Below are positions 20,881 to 31,935 of a stretch of DNA of 64,000 nt, one piece after another. Made by a program: the position numbers and the translations under genes. The notes beneath the pieces were generated by a model, which was given only the letters and a program-made list of their open reading frames with translations, was not told the DNA's origin and searched no databases. The stretch is from Candidatus Woesearchaeota archaeon (lineage in GTDB: Archaea; Nanobdellota; Nanobdellia; Pacearchaeales; GW2011-AR1): assembly GCA_964410025.1 (NCBI GenBank), contig CAYPFA010000004.1, positions 11,369 to 75,368 on the forward strand, written 5' to 3'. The stretch's first letter is position 1. Each line of letters starts with the position of its first letter.

Positions 20881-21453
20881 CTAAAATCTTCTGACTTTTG
20901 AATCTTGGAATTTTACGACATCTTCTCGTTTTTCTATTCCCTGTTCTTTCATTATATTTAAAAGATTATTAAATAATTTGTTTGTTGCTTCAACATCTCC
21001 CATTGCCCTATGGGCAGACGCGTTTTCAATTTTAAAATACTGACACAGAGAAGAAAGTTTATGGCTTCTTAGTTGAGGAATTAATCTACGAGAAAGTTTC
21101 ATGGTACAAATTTTCGGATTTATTATTTCTCTTTCAAGATGCATTTGGGCGTTATAATTTAGGAAGCCATAATCAAAACTTGCAGAATGGGCAATGAATG
21201 GATTTTCTCCGATAAATTTCATGAATTTCGGCATAACTTCTTCGATTACCGGTGAATCTTTAACCATAGAATTTGAAATTCCAGTGAGAGATGTTATGAA
21301 AGATGGAATACTGGTTTCTGGATTTATTAGTGTTTCAAATTTTTTAACGACCTGAAAGTTTTCTACTTTTAGCGCTGCAATTTCAGTTATCCTATGAGAA
21401 TGTCTAGACAAACCAGTTGTTTCTATATCTAAAATTACATAACCTCTTTGCAT
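20881..21453 (-). CDS. DEDDh 3'-5' exonuclease (DnaQ/PolC-exo-like)
   Basis: 'LDIETTG', 'AHSASFD', 'HRAMGD'. Confidence 0.92.
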   Translation of the reverse strand: MQRGYVILDIETTGLSRHSHRITEIAALKVENFQVVKKFETLINPETSIPSFITSLTGISNSMVKDSPVIEEVMPKFMKFIGENPFIAHSASFDYGFLNYNAQMHLEREIINPKICTMKLSRRLIPQLRSHKLSSLCQYFKIENASAHRAMGDVEATNKLFNNLLNIMKEQGIEKREDVVKFQDSKVRRF

Positions 21454-21530
21454 GAAAATAGTTTGGGATAATGGATATAAAAGGATTTGGGCATCCCAAT
21501 GTTTAAATAATTAAAATATGAAATATAGTT

Positions 21531-21938
21531 ATGGTTATTAAAAGAAAAAGAGGCGCCGCTATTGTTGAAACAAAAAAGGGTGTCATGGTTGTTGCTTGGG
21601 AAAATAAAATTTTTATGCTTCCGGGTGGTGAAGCTAATTTCTTGGAACACAGGAGAGAGGCTGCAATAAGAGAACTTTTTGAAGAAACTGGATTAAAAGC
21701 ACGAAGTGCAAAATATCTTTTTACTTATGTTGGCCCTATAAATAAAAATAAAGACGGAAAGTCTCAGCAAAATCACGCGAAAGCCTTCTTAATAGAAGCA
21801 AACGGTACTCCCAAGCCTTCTAATGAAGTAAAATATATTTCCTATTGGAAGCCTGGATCTAAATTGAAACTCATGGAAGGCGCGAAGACTGCTTTAAAAA
21901 AATATGTTGAGTGGAAAAAGGAAAACAATGAAATCTAA
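21531..21938 (+). CDS. NUDIX hydrolase
   Basis: 'LPGGEA...EAAIRELFEETGL'. Confidence 0.88.
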   Translation: MVIKRKRGAAIVETKKGVMVVAWENKIFMLPGGEANFLEHRREAAIRELFEETGLKARSAKYLFTYVGPINKNKDGKSQQNHAKAFLIEANGTPKPSNEVKYISYWKPGSKLKLMEGAKTALKKYVEWKKENNEI

Positions 21939-22293
21939 AATTAAATCTATGAAGAAAACAGAAAAACAATTAAATCTTATCTTCGAATTAGATAATGATG
22001 TAGTAAATAATATTGAAAAAATTTTTAAAAAGTTATATCCTGATTTTAAATTATCTGAATATCCTGGAAAATACAAAGGAAAAATACTTAATAATTTTTG
22101 GGAACTTCAAAAGACTGGCGAAGATTTTAATTTTTCTCTTAATGTTAAAAAAGATATTGTGAAATTTAATCTCAAAACTAATATTCCTGGTTTAATAAAA
22201 AAATTCTCAGTAGCTATGGAAGAATATACTGGTTTTTCTGAATTATCTCCAGTTATTAAGGCCAAAATGGAAAGAAGAAAGCAGTTTTTTTAA
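21928..22293 (+). CDS. Hypothetical protein
   Basis: ORF overlapping the upstream NUDIX stop; start uncertain. Confidence 0.5.
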   Translation: MKSKIKSMKKTEKQLNLIFELDNDVVNNIEKIFKKLYPDFKLSEYPGKYKGKILNNFWELQKTGEDFNFSLNVKKDIVKFNLKTNIPGLIKKFSVAMEEYTGFSELSPVIKAKMERRKQFF

Positions 22294-22331
22294 AAAATTA
22301 GACTTATAAATCCATAAATATTTATTGTCCT

Positions 22332-22712
22332 ATGGAAATTGGTTTACCACAAGATTTGATGAACGATCGTGAATCAATTGAAGATGATTTTAGAAAAATT
22401 AAAGCGGATTATAACCCTGAAATAGATGCACTAATTCTTGAAGATAAATATTTTACGAGAAGAATAATTAAATTCATGAATGATGTTTTGAGTTATATGA
22501 TTGAAAATTATGATGAAATTAACATTAAGGAATATCAGGATTTTTTAGGATTTTATCATCTTAATTTTACATATGATGAAGATATGAATTATTTAGATCA
22601 GGAACCGGTTGAAGAATTTTGTTTTAGTCTGAGGGATAATAGTTCTCAGGCTTCAATGTCGGACTTAAGGGAAATTAGAGATAAGTTTGAGAAAATATTG
22701 GAAATCAATTAA
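22332..22712 (+). CDS. Acidic hypothetical protein
   Basis: 126 aa ORF with TATA upstream. Confidence 0.55.
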   Translation: MEIGLPQDLMNDRESIEDDFRKIKADYNPEIDALILEDKYFTRRIIKFMNDVLSYMIENYDEINIKEYQDFLGFYHLNFTYDEDMNYLDQEPVEEFCFSLRDNSSQASMSDLREIRDKFEKILEIN

Positions 22713-22719
22713 GAAAATT

Positions 22720-22977
22720 TCATTCTTTGAATGCATTCAGTTTCTCATTCTTTGGCATTTGTTTTATCCAATATTCTGCCTTACAGGCTTCGGATTTATC
22801 CTTACAGGGCTTTGTCGCAATTAGATGACTAAATCCTTTTCTGTTGACATATTTGCTTCCTTTACCAGATTGATGAGCCTTCATTCTTTTCTCTACATCA
22901 TTTGTTGTTCCGGTATAATAACTTCCGTCTTGACATTCAAGAATATAAACGCACCAGATTTTTTCTTTTTCTTTCAT
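22720..22977 (-). CDS. GIY-YIG nuclease (YazA/UPF0213-like)
   Basis: 'VYILEC.DGSYYTGTTNDVEKRMKAHQSGKGSKY'. Confidence 0.92.
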   Translation of the reverse strand: MKEKEKIWCVYILECQDGSYYTGTTNDVEKRMKAHQSGKGSKYVNRKGFSHLIATKPCKDKSEACKAEYWIKQMPKNEKLNAFKE

Positions 22978-23027
22978 CTCAATATCACCCCGACAATCCT
23001 TATAAATAAAGTGTTTCTGCCATAATC

Positions 23028-23627
23028 ATGAGTCCTTGCAATTTAAAAATAATAAAAGCATTGGGAAACCCAGAAACACCAGCCACACCAGAAATAAAAA
23101 AATGTCTTGAGGATTATAAAAAAGCAGAAGATGTGCTAAATGAACTTTTTGGATTAGATAATTTTTGTTTTAATAAGTGTATTAGTACAAAGGTATCGTT
23201 GTATCCTTTGGTGCAAGAAGCTTTTTGGCAATTTCCAAGCATAGAAGGTTGCTGTACTAAAAATTATTCCAAATTAAGATTAAACATTCCAATTAGTAAC
23301 GATATGAGGGAAAAATTTAAACAAATGCAAGGAGAAAGTCCTTATCGAGAAAAAGATGGTTGTCCATTTCATTGTGAAACAGGATGTCAAATGAAACAAT
23401 TCAAAAGTCCGATATGTTTAGCTTATATTTGTCCAACATTTAAAAACTATTTAAAAGAAACATACGATATAGATTATTCTTTTTTAAAAATAAGAGATGG
23501 TTTTGAAAAAATTTTATTCGGCACATATGCCTCTGGAGAAGCAAAAATCTTTATAGCAGAAATACAAGCAATGATAGATGTAATTAAGAAAAAGCTACTT
23601 TATCTCCAGCTACAAACCCTTAAATAA
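23028..23627 (+). CDS. Cys-rich hypothetical protein (possible metal/Fe-S binding)
   Basis: 'FCFNKC', 'GCC', 'CPFHCETGC', 'PICLAYICP'. Confidence 0.55.
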   Translation: MSPCNLKIIKALGNPETPATPEIKKCLEDYKKAEDVLNELFGLDNFCFNKCISTKVSLYPLVQEAFWQFPSIEGCCTKNYSKLRLNIPISNDMREKFKQMQGESPYREKDGCPFHCETGCQMKQFKSPICLAYICPTFKNYLKETYDIDYSFLKIRDGFEKILFGTYASGEAKIFIAEIQAMIDVIKKKLLYLQLQTLK

Positions 23628-23647
23628 TCTCGTTCTTTTAATAAATT

Positions 23648-24121
23648 ATGAAAAACTGGGTGAAATTAATAATTAGTATTTTAATTGTTTGGATAATTGG
23701 AGGACTCGGTTCTATTTTTACCGCGAGTTCTGTCAGCACATGGTTTTTAACGCTGAATAAACCAGTTTTTAATCCTCCCAGTTGGTTGTTTGGACCGGTT
23801 TGGATAATTTTGTATTTTATGATTGGTGTTTCTTTATTTTTGGTTTGGAAAAGCAATATTAAATTAAAATTTAAGAAAACTGCCTACTGGATTTTTGCTG
23901 TTCAGATTTTATTAAATGGTTTTTGGAGTTTTGCGTTTTTTGGAATGCAGAATCCTGGTTTGGCGTTTTTAGTAGTTGTTTTGCTATGGATTTCAATTAT
24001 CATGAATATAATTTATTTTTATAGAATTTCTAAAACAGCAGGATATCTTTTAGTTCCTTATTTTCTTTGGGTTAGTTTTGCTTTCGTATTGAATTTTGCG
24101 ATTTGGATTCTGAATGGGTAA
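23648..24121 (+). CDS. tspO: TspO/MBR tryptophan-rich sensory protein
   Basis: 'WFLTLNKPVFNPPSWLFGPVWIILY', 'LLVPYFLWVSFA'. Confidence 0.95.
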   Translation: MKNWVKLIISILIVWIIGGLGSIFTASSVSTWFLTLNKPVFNPPSWLFGPVWIILYFMIGVSLFLVWKSNIKLKFKKTAYWIFAVQILLNGFWSFAFFGMQNPGLAFLVVVLLWISIIMNIIYFYRISKTAGYLLVPYFLWVSFAFVLNFAIWILNG

Positions 24122-24151
24122 ACTTTTAAAGATAACAGAACATTTTTACTA

Positions 24152-24500
24152 ATGAATCCATACGATTTATTTAAACCATATTCTCAAAAAATCAGAGGAG
24201 ATCTGGAAAAATATTTAAGAGAATGTGATGAAGGTGGTGCAGATAACATGTTTTCTGGTTCTAAATATTTCTTTGTGATTAAATAAAAAGGATGGATGAT
24301 CCCTGGCGTGACTTTTTTAAGAGTAAATTGAAGTCCGGTTCCGGATATTGGTTATATGGTGAATTCAGATTTTATGCTAGAAAGTAAACGGGCAGGGACA
24401 TCAAAACATGAGCCTTATTGGTGCAGAAAAAGGAATTTATGATCCTAAGAAAGCGCTAAGAGGTCAAGTTTGGGCGATTAGCGGTTTAAGAATTGAATAA
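24152..24500 (+). pseudogene. Possible fragmented gene
   Basis: TATA then ATG 24152; three short successive coding-like pieces (MNPYDLF..., MDDPWRDFF..., MSLIGAEKG...IE*). Confidence 0.35.
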
Positions 24501-24506
24501 ATAATT

Positions 24507-27050
24507 TTACTTTTTCTCTTCTTTCTTGTCATCTGTTTCGTCCTCAACATCCGGCACTCTTGCTAAATCCGTTACAGAATCTCCGTCTTGAAGTTTTATA
24601 ATTCTGACGCCTTGAGTTGCTCTGCCCATAATTCTAATGTCTGTTACAGGTGTTCTAATAACGATTCCTTTGGCTGTAGAAACGATGATTGTGTCATCTT
24701 GAACAACAGATTGGGAAGTAATTATGTCGCCTGTTTTGTCCGAGACTGCTAAATTAATAACTCCCTTTCCGCCTCTTGACGTTAATCTATATTCTTCTAT
24801 TTCACTTCTCTTACCGTAGCCGTTCTTGGATATTGTTAAGATAGAATATTTTTCTCTGTTTTCTGCTGGTAAAACTTCTGCTGAGACAACTTGGTCTTTA
24901 CCATCAAGAGTTATACCAATTACTCCATAAGCGTTTCTTCCAGTGTGTCTGACATCGTCTGAATTAAATCGACAAGCTTGTCCATCCTTTGTTACAAGTA
25001 AAATTTCCTGATGTTCTTTAATTGGTTTTACAGCAACCAAGGTATCCGTTTTTCCTTCTAAGTCTATTGCCTTGATTCCGCCTTTTCTTGGATTGCTAAA
25101 TTCTTCTAAAGAGATTTTCTTAACAGTTCCTTCTTTCGTAAACATCATTAAATAATCCTTAAATTCCTTTACAGAAATAATTGAAGTTACAAATTCTTCT
25201 TTTAGCTCAAGCATATTTACCAATGCTTTTCCCTTTCCATATTTTGCGATTTCTGGAACTTCATACGCTTTCAGCCAGTGAACTTTTCCTTTGTTTGTGA
25301 ATAAAAGTAAATAGTCATGAGTTGAGCAAGCTAAAAGTTCTTTTACAAAATCGCCTGTTGCAAGTTCTGTTCCGATAACTCCCTTTCCGCCTCTATTTTG
25401 TTCTTTATACTGTTTCAAATCCATTCTTTTCACATAACCTTTATCAGTAATTGTTACGACAACTTCTTTTTTATCAATTAAATCTTTTTCTTCAAATTCG
25501 TCGCTGATATTGGACATAACGATTGTTCTTCTTTCATCTCCAAACTCCTTTTTCATTTCGTTTAATTCTCTCTTGATAATCTTTAGGATTTCTTTTTCAT
25601 CTGATAATATTTTCTTTAACTTTTCAATGATTTCAAGAAGGTCTTTTTGCTCAGAAGTTAATTTCTCGTATTCAAGAGTTGTAATTTGATGCAACTTCAT
25701 TTCCAAGATAGCATCAACCTGCTTATCAGTGAGACTGTATCTTTCCTTAAGTTGTTCAGCTGCTTCTGTTTTTCCACGAGCTGCTCTAATTAATTTTACA
25801 ACTGCATCAATATTTTTTTGAGCAATTAAAAGTCCTTCAACAATATGTAATCTCTTTTCTGCTTTGTCTAAATCGAAGTCTGTTCTTTTTCTAATAACTC
25901 CTTGTCTGTGTTTTACGTAAACTTCAACAATTTGTTTAATGTTTAGCTGTCTTGGTTTGTCTTCTACAAGAGCAAGCATGTTTACATCAAAAGTTGTCTG
26001 TAAATCTGTGTAGCTCAATAATCTATTAAGTGAGAATTTTGGATCTGAACCTTTTCTTAATTCTATTACAATTCTAACTTTTCCCTTTGCGGATTCATCT
26101 CTAATGTCTGTTACATCGGGAAGTTTTTTGTCCTTTACTAAATTAGCAATAGATTCTACAAGTGTTGCTTTGTTAACTTGATAGGGAATTTCGGTAACAA
26201 TAATTGACGGCTTGTTTCCATCTTCTATTTTTGTTCTACCTTTAATAATTAATTTTCCTTTACCTTCTGTATAAATTTGCTTAAGTTGGCCAGAAACATA
26301 ACCACCCGTTGGAAAGTCTGGGGCTTTGATTATTTTTGCTAAATCTTCTACTGAAATTTCAGTGTTTTCGATGTAGGCCAATATGGTATCGCAAATATCA
26401 TTTAAATTGTGGGTTGGAATATTTGTGGCCATACCGACGGCAATACCGGAAGCGCCATTTAATAAAAGATTTGGAAGTTTTGCTGGCATGACTTTTGGTT
26501 CTTCCATGGAATTATCGAAATTTGGAAGCATTCTAACTGTGTCTTTTTCAATATCAACTAAAATTTCTTCAGAAATCTTATTCATTCTTGCTTCAGTATA
26601 TCTCATTGCAGCTGCTGGGTCTCCGTCCATCGAACCAAAATTACCCTGGCCTTCTACAAGTGGATATCTTAGTGAGAAATTTTGTGCCATTCTAACCATA
26701 GATTCGTAAACAGCGGAGTCGCCATGCGGGTGGTATTTACCAAGAACATCTCCCACAATTCTAGCGGATTTTTTTGTTTGTTTGTTATGTTGCAAACCCA
26801 TTTCGTGCATTGCCCATAAAATTCTTCTGTGAACTGGTTTCAAACCATCTTCTGCCGACGGTAAAGCTCTAGAGACAATAACGGACATTGCGTAATTAAT
26901 ATAAGCCTGTCGCATTTCGTGGGAAATTTCTGCGTTAACTAATTCTTTAGCTTCAATATTTTGCTTCATCATTTCTCTTCTTTGAGAAAGTACTTCCTTG
27001 GTTTCTGCACTATCTTCTACTTTTGGTTCTTCGTTTTTTTCTTTTGCCAT
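24507..27050 (-). CDS. gyrA: DNA gyrase subunit A
   Basis: 'DGLKPVHRR', 'YHPHGD', catalytic 'AAMRYTE', GyrA-box 'QNRGGKG', CTD blades. Confidence 0.97.
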   Translation of the reverse strand: MAKEKNEEPKVEDSAETKEVLSQRREMMKQNIEAKELVNAEISHEMRQAYINYAMSVIVSRALPSAEDGLKPVHRRILWAMHEMGLQHNKQTKKSARIVGDVLGKYHPHGDSAVYESMVRMAQNFSLRYPLVEGQGNFGSMDGDPAAAMRYTEARMNKISEEILVDIEKDTVRMLPNFDNSMEEPKVMPAKLPNLLLNGASGIAVGMATNIPTHNLNDICDTILAYIENTEISVEDLAKIIKAPDFPTGGYVSGQLKQIYTEGKGKLIIKGRTKIEDGNKPSIIVTEIPYQVNKATLVESIANLVKDKKLPDVTDIRDESAKGKVRIVIELRKGSDPKFSLNRLLSYTDLQTTFDVNMLALVEDKPRQLNIKQIVEVYVKHRQGVIRKRTDFDLDKAEKRLHIVEGLLIAQKNIDAVVKLIRAARGKTEAAEQLKERYSLTDKQVDAILEMKLHQITTLEYEKLTSEQKDLLEIIEKLKKILSDEKEILKIIKRELNEMKKEFGDERRTIVMSNISDEFEEKDLIDKKEVVVTITDKGYVKRMDLKQYKEQNRGGKGVIGTELATGDFVKELLACSTHDYLLLFTNKGKVHWLKAYEVPEIAKYGKGKALVNMLELKEEFVTSIISVKEFKDYLMMFTKEGTVKKISLEEFSNPRKGGIKAIDLEGKTDTLVAVKPIKEHQEILLVTKDGQACRFNSDDVRHTGRNAYGVIGITLDGKDQVVSAEVLPAENREKYSILTISKNGYGKRSEIEEYRLTSRGGKGVINLAVSDKTGDIITSQSVVQDDTIIVSTAKGIVIRTPVTDIRIMGRATQGVRIIKLQDGDSVTDLARVPDVEDETDDKKEEKK

Positions 27051-27358
27051 TAGTTATTTTCTCCTGATTTAGCCCATTTAGACATTAATAAAATTCCTAT
27101 AACTGAAATTGCTGTTAGTATTACTGCTGTGATTGTTAATCCATAGTTTTGTATAAATTCAATTTTTGAAACAGCTTCGTTGATTACATCTTTCCATGAT
27201 AATGCAATAATCAAACCGAATGCAGCAATAATTGCAGTTGAAACTTGTTTTTTAAATTCTAATTTTAAAACTGATGAATGATTTTTAATTTTTTCTGCTA
27301 TTAGCATTTTCTTAACTTCTTTTCTTTCTTTATTGCTTAAATCATCTTCTTTTGCCAT
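27050..27358 (-). CDS. Small two-TM membrane protein (DUF5654-like)
   Basis: '[18 protein letters not shown]' motif. Confidence 0.65.
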   Translation of the reverse strand: MAKEDDLSNKERKEVKKMLIAEKIKNHSSVLKLEFKKQVSTAIIAAFGLIIALSWKDVINEAVSKIEFIQNYGLTITAVILTAISVIGILLMSKWAKSGENN

Positions 27359-27561
27359 TATTTTTTAGCTCCTTTTTTATTTGAAATTATAATAGGAAAA
27401 CTTTCTCCACCATGACCGCATCTTTCACATTCTATTCTCGGAAGTAGTCCAAAAAGATTTTTCAATTTATATATTGATTTTACATCTTTAGATTTACACT
27501 TAGGGCAAAAACCAACTTTAAGTGGTTTTACATCTGAACAACACAAGTCTTTTGATTTCAT
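27358..27561 (-). CDS. Small zinc-ribbon protein
   Basis: CPKC...CERC; stop/start coupled to neighbours. Confidence 0.7.
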   Translation of the reverse strand: MKSKDLCCSDVKPLKVGFCPKCKSKDVKSIYKLKNLFGLLPRIECERCGHGGESFPIIISNKKGAKK

Positions 27562-27812
27562 TATTTCCTCTTTTTATTTTGCTTATTTAATTTTGAATTT
27601 GCCTTATTTAATGCTTTCTGTCCCACTACCCATTGTGGAAATCCGGGTGCTCTAAAGCCACATTTTTTACATTGCATCATCGGTATTATTCCGAAAAGAT
27701 TTTTTAGTGAAAAATAATAACACACGTCGGTAGATTTACAATTTGGGCAAAAATAAACTTTTGTTAGCTTTTCCTTCTCGCATCCACATGAACAATCACA
27801 TTTTTCTGCCAT
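27561..27812 (-). CDS. Small zinc-ribbon protein (paralog of 27358-27561)
   Basis: CPNC...CKKC; shares 'LKNLFG' with neighbour. Confidence 0.7.
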   Translation of the reverse strand: MAEKCDCSCGCEKEKLTKVYFCPNCKSTDVCYYFSLKNLFGIIPMMQCKKCGFRAPGFPQWVVGQKALNKANSKLNKQNKKRK

Positions 27813-27813
27813 T

Positions 27814-28050
27814 TTAATTATTACTCCTCGATTTTCTTATTAAACTATGAATTCCCCAACCGATTAAGAAACATATTATTGCTAGTGCCACATAGACTTG
27901 CACAAATCCAAAAATTTGTGGGCAAGTATCGAAACATATAAGTGGTGTTGATAAAAAAGCCACAGCGATTCCTATAATTAAACCGATCCAGCTTCCCCAC
28001 ATTTTGAAAGCATTATAGCCTACTCTAGTTTTGTTAATTTTCTTTGCCAT
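27814..28050 (-). CDS. Small membrane protein
   Basis: Two hydrophobic helices; inside gyr operon. Confidence 0.6.
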   Translation of the reverse strand: MAKKINKTRVGYNAFKMWGSWIGLIIGIAVAFLSTPLICFDTCPQIFGFVQVYVALAIICFLIGWGIHSLIRKSRSNN

Positions 28051-28051
28051 T

Positions 28052-28501
28052 TTATGAATTTGCTTTTATTTTAGACGCAATTTTGTTTAATTCTTCTGTT
28101 GTTTTTTTATGACCTTGTTGTGTTGTAATTCCGCCTTCAAATCCTTCTGGAACAGGATATAGTTTTATGTGAGTGTGATTTACACCAAGACCTTCTGCAA
28201 CCATAATAATTCTTTCTGCTCTCATGCCTTTGTCTAAATATTTTCCGAATTTTTTTGCAGATAACATTAATTGCTTGTAGGCAACTCTTGGCATATCAAA
28301 AACGTAGGAGTCATAATGTTGTTTTGTAATTACTAAAGCCTGACCTTCAACTGTTGGGAATTGATCCAAAATTAAAATATGCTCGTCATCTTCTCCAAGT
28401 TTTACAGCTGGAATTTCTCCACTTATAATTTTACAAAATATACAATCACTTGCTTCTTTTGTATTTTCTAATCCTTCTGTTTCGTTTAAATCGCGTCCCA
28501 T
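28052..28501 (-). CDS. HIT family nucleotide hydrolase
   Basis: 'CIFCKIISGEIP', 'VNHTHIKLYP' (third His of the triad replaced by K). Confidence 0.85.
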   Translation of the reverse strand: MGRDLNETEGLENTKEASDCIFCKIISGEIPAVKLGEDDEHILILDQFPTVEGQALVITKQHYDSYVFDMPRVAYKQLMLSAKKFGKYLDKGMRAERIIMVAEGLGVNHTHIKLYPVPEGFEGGITTQQGHKKTTEELNKIASKIKANS

Positions 28502-30405
28502 TATAAGTCCAACTCCGCATTAGCTGCATTTTCTTCGATGAATTTTCTTCTTGGTTCTACGGCGTCGCCCATTAAAATTGAGAAAGTTTCGTCGGCTTCA
28601 ACAGCATCTTCAACTGAAACCTGCTTAAGGATTCTTGTTTTTGGGTTCATAGTTGTGTCCCATAATTGCTCGTCGTTCATTTCTCCAAGACCTTTAAATC
28701 TAGAAACTTCTGGTTTTCCTGGCATGTCTTTAAGAGTTCTTTTTAATTCCTCATCGGTATAAACATAAACATCTTTCTGCCCTTTTCTAACTTTAAATAA
28801 TGGGGCAACAGCGACGAAAATATGACCTGCTTCGATTAAATGAGGCACGTATCTAAAAAATAAAGTTAGCAGAAGTGTCTTAATGTGCTGGCCATCTACA
28901 TCGGCATCAGTCATAATAATTACTTTTCCATATCTTAATTTTTCAATATCGAAATGATCTCCCACTGCCGTTCCCATAGCGGTTATTAAATTTGAAATTT
29001 CCTCAGAGCCAAGTGCTTTTGTAAGATTTGATTTTTCTACATTTAAAATTTTACCCTTAAGTGGGAGGATGGCTTGGAATTCTTTGTCTCTTGCTCCCTT
29101 AGCAGTACCACCAGCAGATTGACCCTCTACAATATATAATTCAGTTTCTTCTGATTTTTTAGATGAACAATCAGATAATTTTCCAGGAAGTCCGCCAGAA
29201 CCTAAAGCACTTTTTCTTCTAACTAATTCTTTTGCTTTTTTTGCAGCTTCTCTTGCCCTTAATGCTTCGGATGCTTTTTTTGCAATTGTATTTGCAATAT
29301 TTGGATTTTCTTCAAAAAATTCTCCCAATGCAGTTGTTGTGGCAGAATCAACTAAACCTTTTATTTCAGAGTTTCCAAGTTTTGTTTTTGTCTGTCCTTC
29401 AAATTGTGGCTCTTTAACTTTTACAGAAATTACTGCACACAAACCTTCACGAACATCATCACCCTCAAGTTTTTCATCTTTCTTTAAAATTCCTTTTTTT
29501 TCTGCATAATCATTAATTACTCTTGTTAAAGCTGTTTTGAAACCAGCGACATGAGTTCCGCCCTCAATTGTATTGATTGTATTTACAAAACTTTGAATAT
29601 TATCATTGTAAGAATTATTATATTGTAGACCTACTTCAACTGCCAAATCTTCTATTTGTTTTTTAAAGTAAACTGGTTTTGAATGAAGAGTTTCTCTTGT
29701 TCTATTAAGCCATTTTACAAATTCTACAAGTCCGCCTTCATATTTGAAGTTTTCTTTTTTATCATTTCTTTCGTCTGAAAATTCAATCTCCAATCCAGCG
29801 TTTAAGAAAGCAATTTCTCTAAATCTTGTTGCAAGTGTTGAGAAATCAAAATTTGTTGTTGAAAAAATTGAATCATCCGGGTAGAAGGTTACTTTTGTTC
29901 CAGTTTCTTTTCCTTCATAACTTCCGATTACTTTTACTGCTTCTTCCGGAACTCCTATTTTGTAGGTTTGCATGTAAATTTTTCCACCTCTCTTTACTTC
30001 AACAATCATTTTTTTTGACAATGCTGCTACGACAGAAATACCTACTCCGTGTAAACCGCCCGAAACTGCGTAAGAACCCTTATCGAATTTACCGCCTGCG
30101 TGAAGTTTTGTAACAATGATTTCCATTGCAGATTTTTTATAAACTGGATGCATATCAACGGGAATTCCTCTTCCGTTGTCTATGGTAGTAACGGAGCCAT
30201 CTTTATTTATGGAAACTATAATTTTTGTACAAATTCCAGCCATTGCTTCGTCGACAGAATTGTCAGCAATTTCATAAACAAGATGATGCAATCCTTCTCT
30301 GCCTGTACTTCCGATATACATTGCAGGTCTTTTTCTAACTCCTTCAAGTCCCTCTAGAACCTTAATATTTTCTGCAGAATACTCTTTTTTATTTTCTTCA
30401 GCCAT
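28501..30405 (-). CDS. gyrB: DNA gyrase subunit B
   Basis: 'LEGVRKRPAMYIG', GHKL motifs, TOPRIM 'VEGQSAGG', 'PLKGKILN', 'TDADVDG', 'FKGLGEM'. Confidence 0.97.
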   Translation of the reverse strand: MAEENKKEYSAENIKVLEGLEGVRKRPAMYIGSTGREGLHHLVYEIADNSVDEAMAGICTKIIVSINKDGSVTTIDNGRGIPVDMHPVYKKSAMEIIVTKLHAGGKFDKGSYAVSGGLHGVGISVVAALSKKMIVEVKRGGKIYMQTYKIGVPEEAVKVIGSYEGKETGTKVTFYPDDSIFSTTNFDFSTLATRFREIAFLNAGLEIEFSDERNDKKENFKYEGGLVEFVKWLNRTRETLHSKPVYFKKQIEDLAVEVGLQYNNSYNDNIQSFVNTINTIEGGTHVAGFKTALTRVINDYAEKKGILKKDEKLEGDDVREGLCAVISVKVKEPQFEGQTKTKLGNSEIKGLVDSATTTALGEFFEENPNIANTIAKKASEALRAREAAKKAKELVRRKSALGSGGLPGKLSDCSSKKSEETELYIVEGQSAGGTAKGARDKEFQAILPLKGKILNVEKSNLTKALGSEEISNLITAMGTAVGDHFDIEKLRYGKVIIMTDADVDGQHIKTLLLTLFFRYVPHLIEAGHIFVAVAPLFKVRKGQKDVYVYTDEELKRTLKDMPGKPEVSRFKGLGEMNDEQLWDTTMNPKTRILKQVSVEDAVEADETFSILMGDAVEPRRKFIEENAANAELDL

Positions 30406-30538
30406 GTTTTTCACCGATTTTTTACAATGTCAAAAATCCAATTCCCTTTATAAAGTTTGTGGGGAAAAAGTTTGCGCAATACTACGACGAGAAAGTGGAT
30501 GGAGAAAGATTTAAATAAACATCTTCTTTTAATAAATT

Positions 30539-30970
30539 ATGTTCTTCCAAAAGAAAAAAGATATGATTGACATACGAGATTTGCCAAGAAAAAATGCTGC
30601 ATTTGATAAATCATTTGTTCCAAAAGATGGTCTTGGGTTCGTTGATTTAACAAAAAAAAGGATTTTACCTTCTGAATTAAGAAAACAAAAATTAGGAATA
30701 CAACCAGCCTCTTCTCAGCCTGTGGCAAGTTCGAGTTCTTCATCTTCTGGTTTTAGTTTTTTCGATTCACCAACTCAAGTTGCTTCGCCATCCCTTTCAT
30801 CTTCTTCATCTGGACCATCTTCTGAAACCGATGAAATGTTGAGAAAAATATCAATGCAGGTTTCCGATTTGGATTCTAAAATCTATAAGATGGAACAAAG
30901 AATTGAATTATTAGAAAGAAAGGCAGGAATAACTGATTCTAGTTCTTCTAATTCGGGATTTAGTTGGTAA
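30539..30970 (+). CDS. Hypothetical protein, Ser-rich linker plus coiled coil
   Basis: 143 aa; TATA upstream; 'LDSKIYKMEQRIELLERK'. Confidence 0.65.
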   Translation: MFFQKKKDMIDIRDLPRKNAAFDKSFVPKDGLGFVDLTKKRILPSELRKQKLGIQPASSQPVASSSSSSSGFSFFDSPTQVASPSLSSSSSGPSSETDEMLRKISMQVSDLDSKIYKMEQRIELLERKAGITDSSSSNSGFSW

Positions 30971-30976
30971 TAATAA

Positions 30977-31231
30977 TTAACCCTTCATATTTTTTAATAA
31001 TTCTACCCATCCTGGAAATATTTCTGCTGTGTTTTCCAGCGTCGGTTTAACCTTTCGTTGATCTAATTCTTGTTTTCTTTTTTGAAGTTGCTCAAAAATA
31101 TCGTCATAATAATCCGCAGATGTCTGATAACCTCGGTACATATATTCGGAGAATGCCCTTCTGTCTGGACAGTTAGTATCATTATAAACTCCCCATCCTT
31201 CTGATTGCCACAACAGATATAAGTATCTCAT
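30977..31231 (-). CDS. Hypothetical protein
   Basis: 84 aa ORF with TATA-like CTTATAAA upstream. Confidence 0.5.
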   Translation of the reverse strand: MRYLYLLWQSEGWGVYNDTNCPDRRAFSEYMYRGYQTSADYYDDIFEQLQKRKQELDQRKVKPTLENTAEIFPGWVELLKNMKG

Positions 31232-31292
31232 GCAAAAAATTGAATTTCAGCTTTTATAAGACTTTTGAATAGGTTATATATTTTTATAGAAA

Positions 31293-31583
31293 TTAATATG
31301 CTTTTCTTCTATAAAACTCTTCTAAGGATTTTTCCGAGACAGAATATTTAATTCTTTGAAAATCAACTTCGTTAATTGGATGGCAGTTTTGACATGGTCG
31401 GTAACCTTGGTCGACGGCATCTTCTAGTGTATGAAAGAAAACTCTATTCTCTTTTTTTATTCTCATTCCTGATTTGCAATCTAATCTCCCAAAAATTTTT
31501 CCAGGTTTCCATCCCGCATAAACGCCTGGCGTTTCACTTAAAACAGTTCTTCCTCCAACCTGAATTTTATAGGGTTTTGACAT
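31293..31583 (-). CDS. Ada-type metal-binding domain protein
   Basis: 'IFGRLDC...ENRVFF...AVDQGYRPCQNCHP'. Confidence 0.85.
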   Translation of the reverse strand: MSKPYKIQVGGRTVLSETPGVYAGWKPGKIFGRLDCKSGMRIKKENRVFFHTLEDAVDQGYRPCQNCHPINEVDFQRIKYSVSEKSLEEFYRRKAY

Positions 31584-31633
31584 TTTATAAAAAATATATT
31601 AATGTTTATAAATAAATAGCGTCTTGAGAATAT

Positions 31634-31891
31634 ATGATTGAATTAAAGTTTGAAGAGACTGGAAAGACTACAATTGAAAAGTGTGTGAGATGCAGTCGTA
31701 TTGCTACTGGAGATAATACTGAACAAAGAAGTTATGGAAATGTTTTATTAAATAAATATGGTAGCGCGGAAATAGTTTGCCAATGCGGTGAAAAATATGG
31801 CGTGCCGTACAGAGTAACTCCAAAAGCCGATGGTGAAATGATGATTAGGTTTGCAGATTATAATAAAACTTCTTTTCATAGGATGATTTAG
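31634..31891 (+). CDS. Small Zn-finger-like hypothetical protein
   Basis: CVRC and CQCG motifs. Confidence 0.5.
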   Translation: MIELKFEETGKTTIEKCVRCSRIATGDNTEQRSYGNVLLNKYGSAEIVCQCGEKYGVPYRVTPKADGEMMIRFADYNKTSFHRMI

Positions 31892-31935
31892 ATTTGAACA
31901 ATTAAATTTATAATCTATGTTTTGGTGTTTGTTTT

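Noticed and set aside
30720-30960. TCTTCA/TCT-rich quasi-repeats
   Set aside because: Explained by a Ser-rich protein linker.
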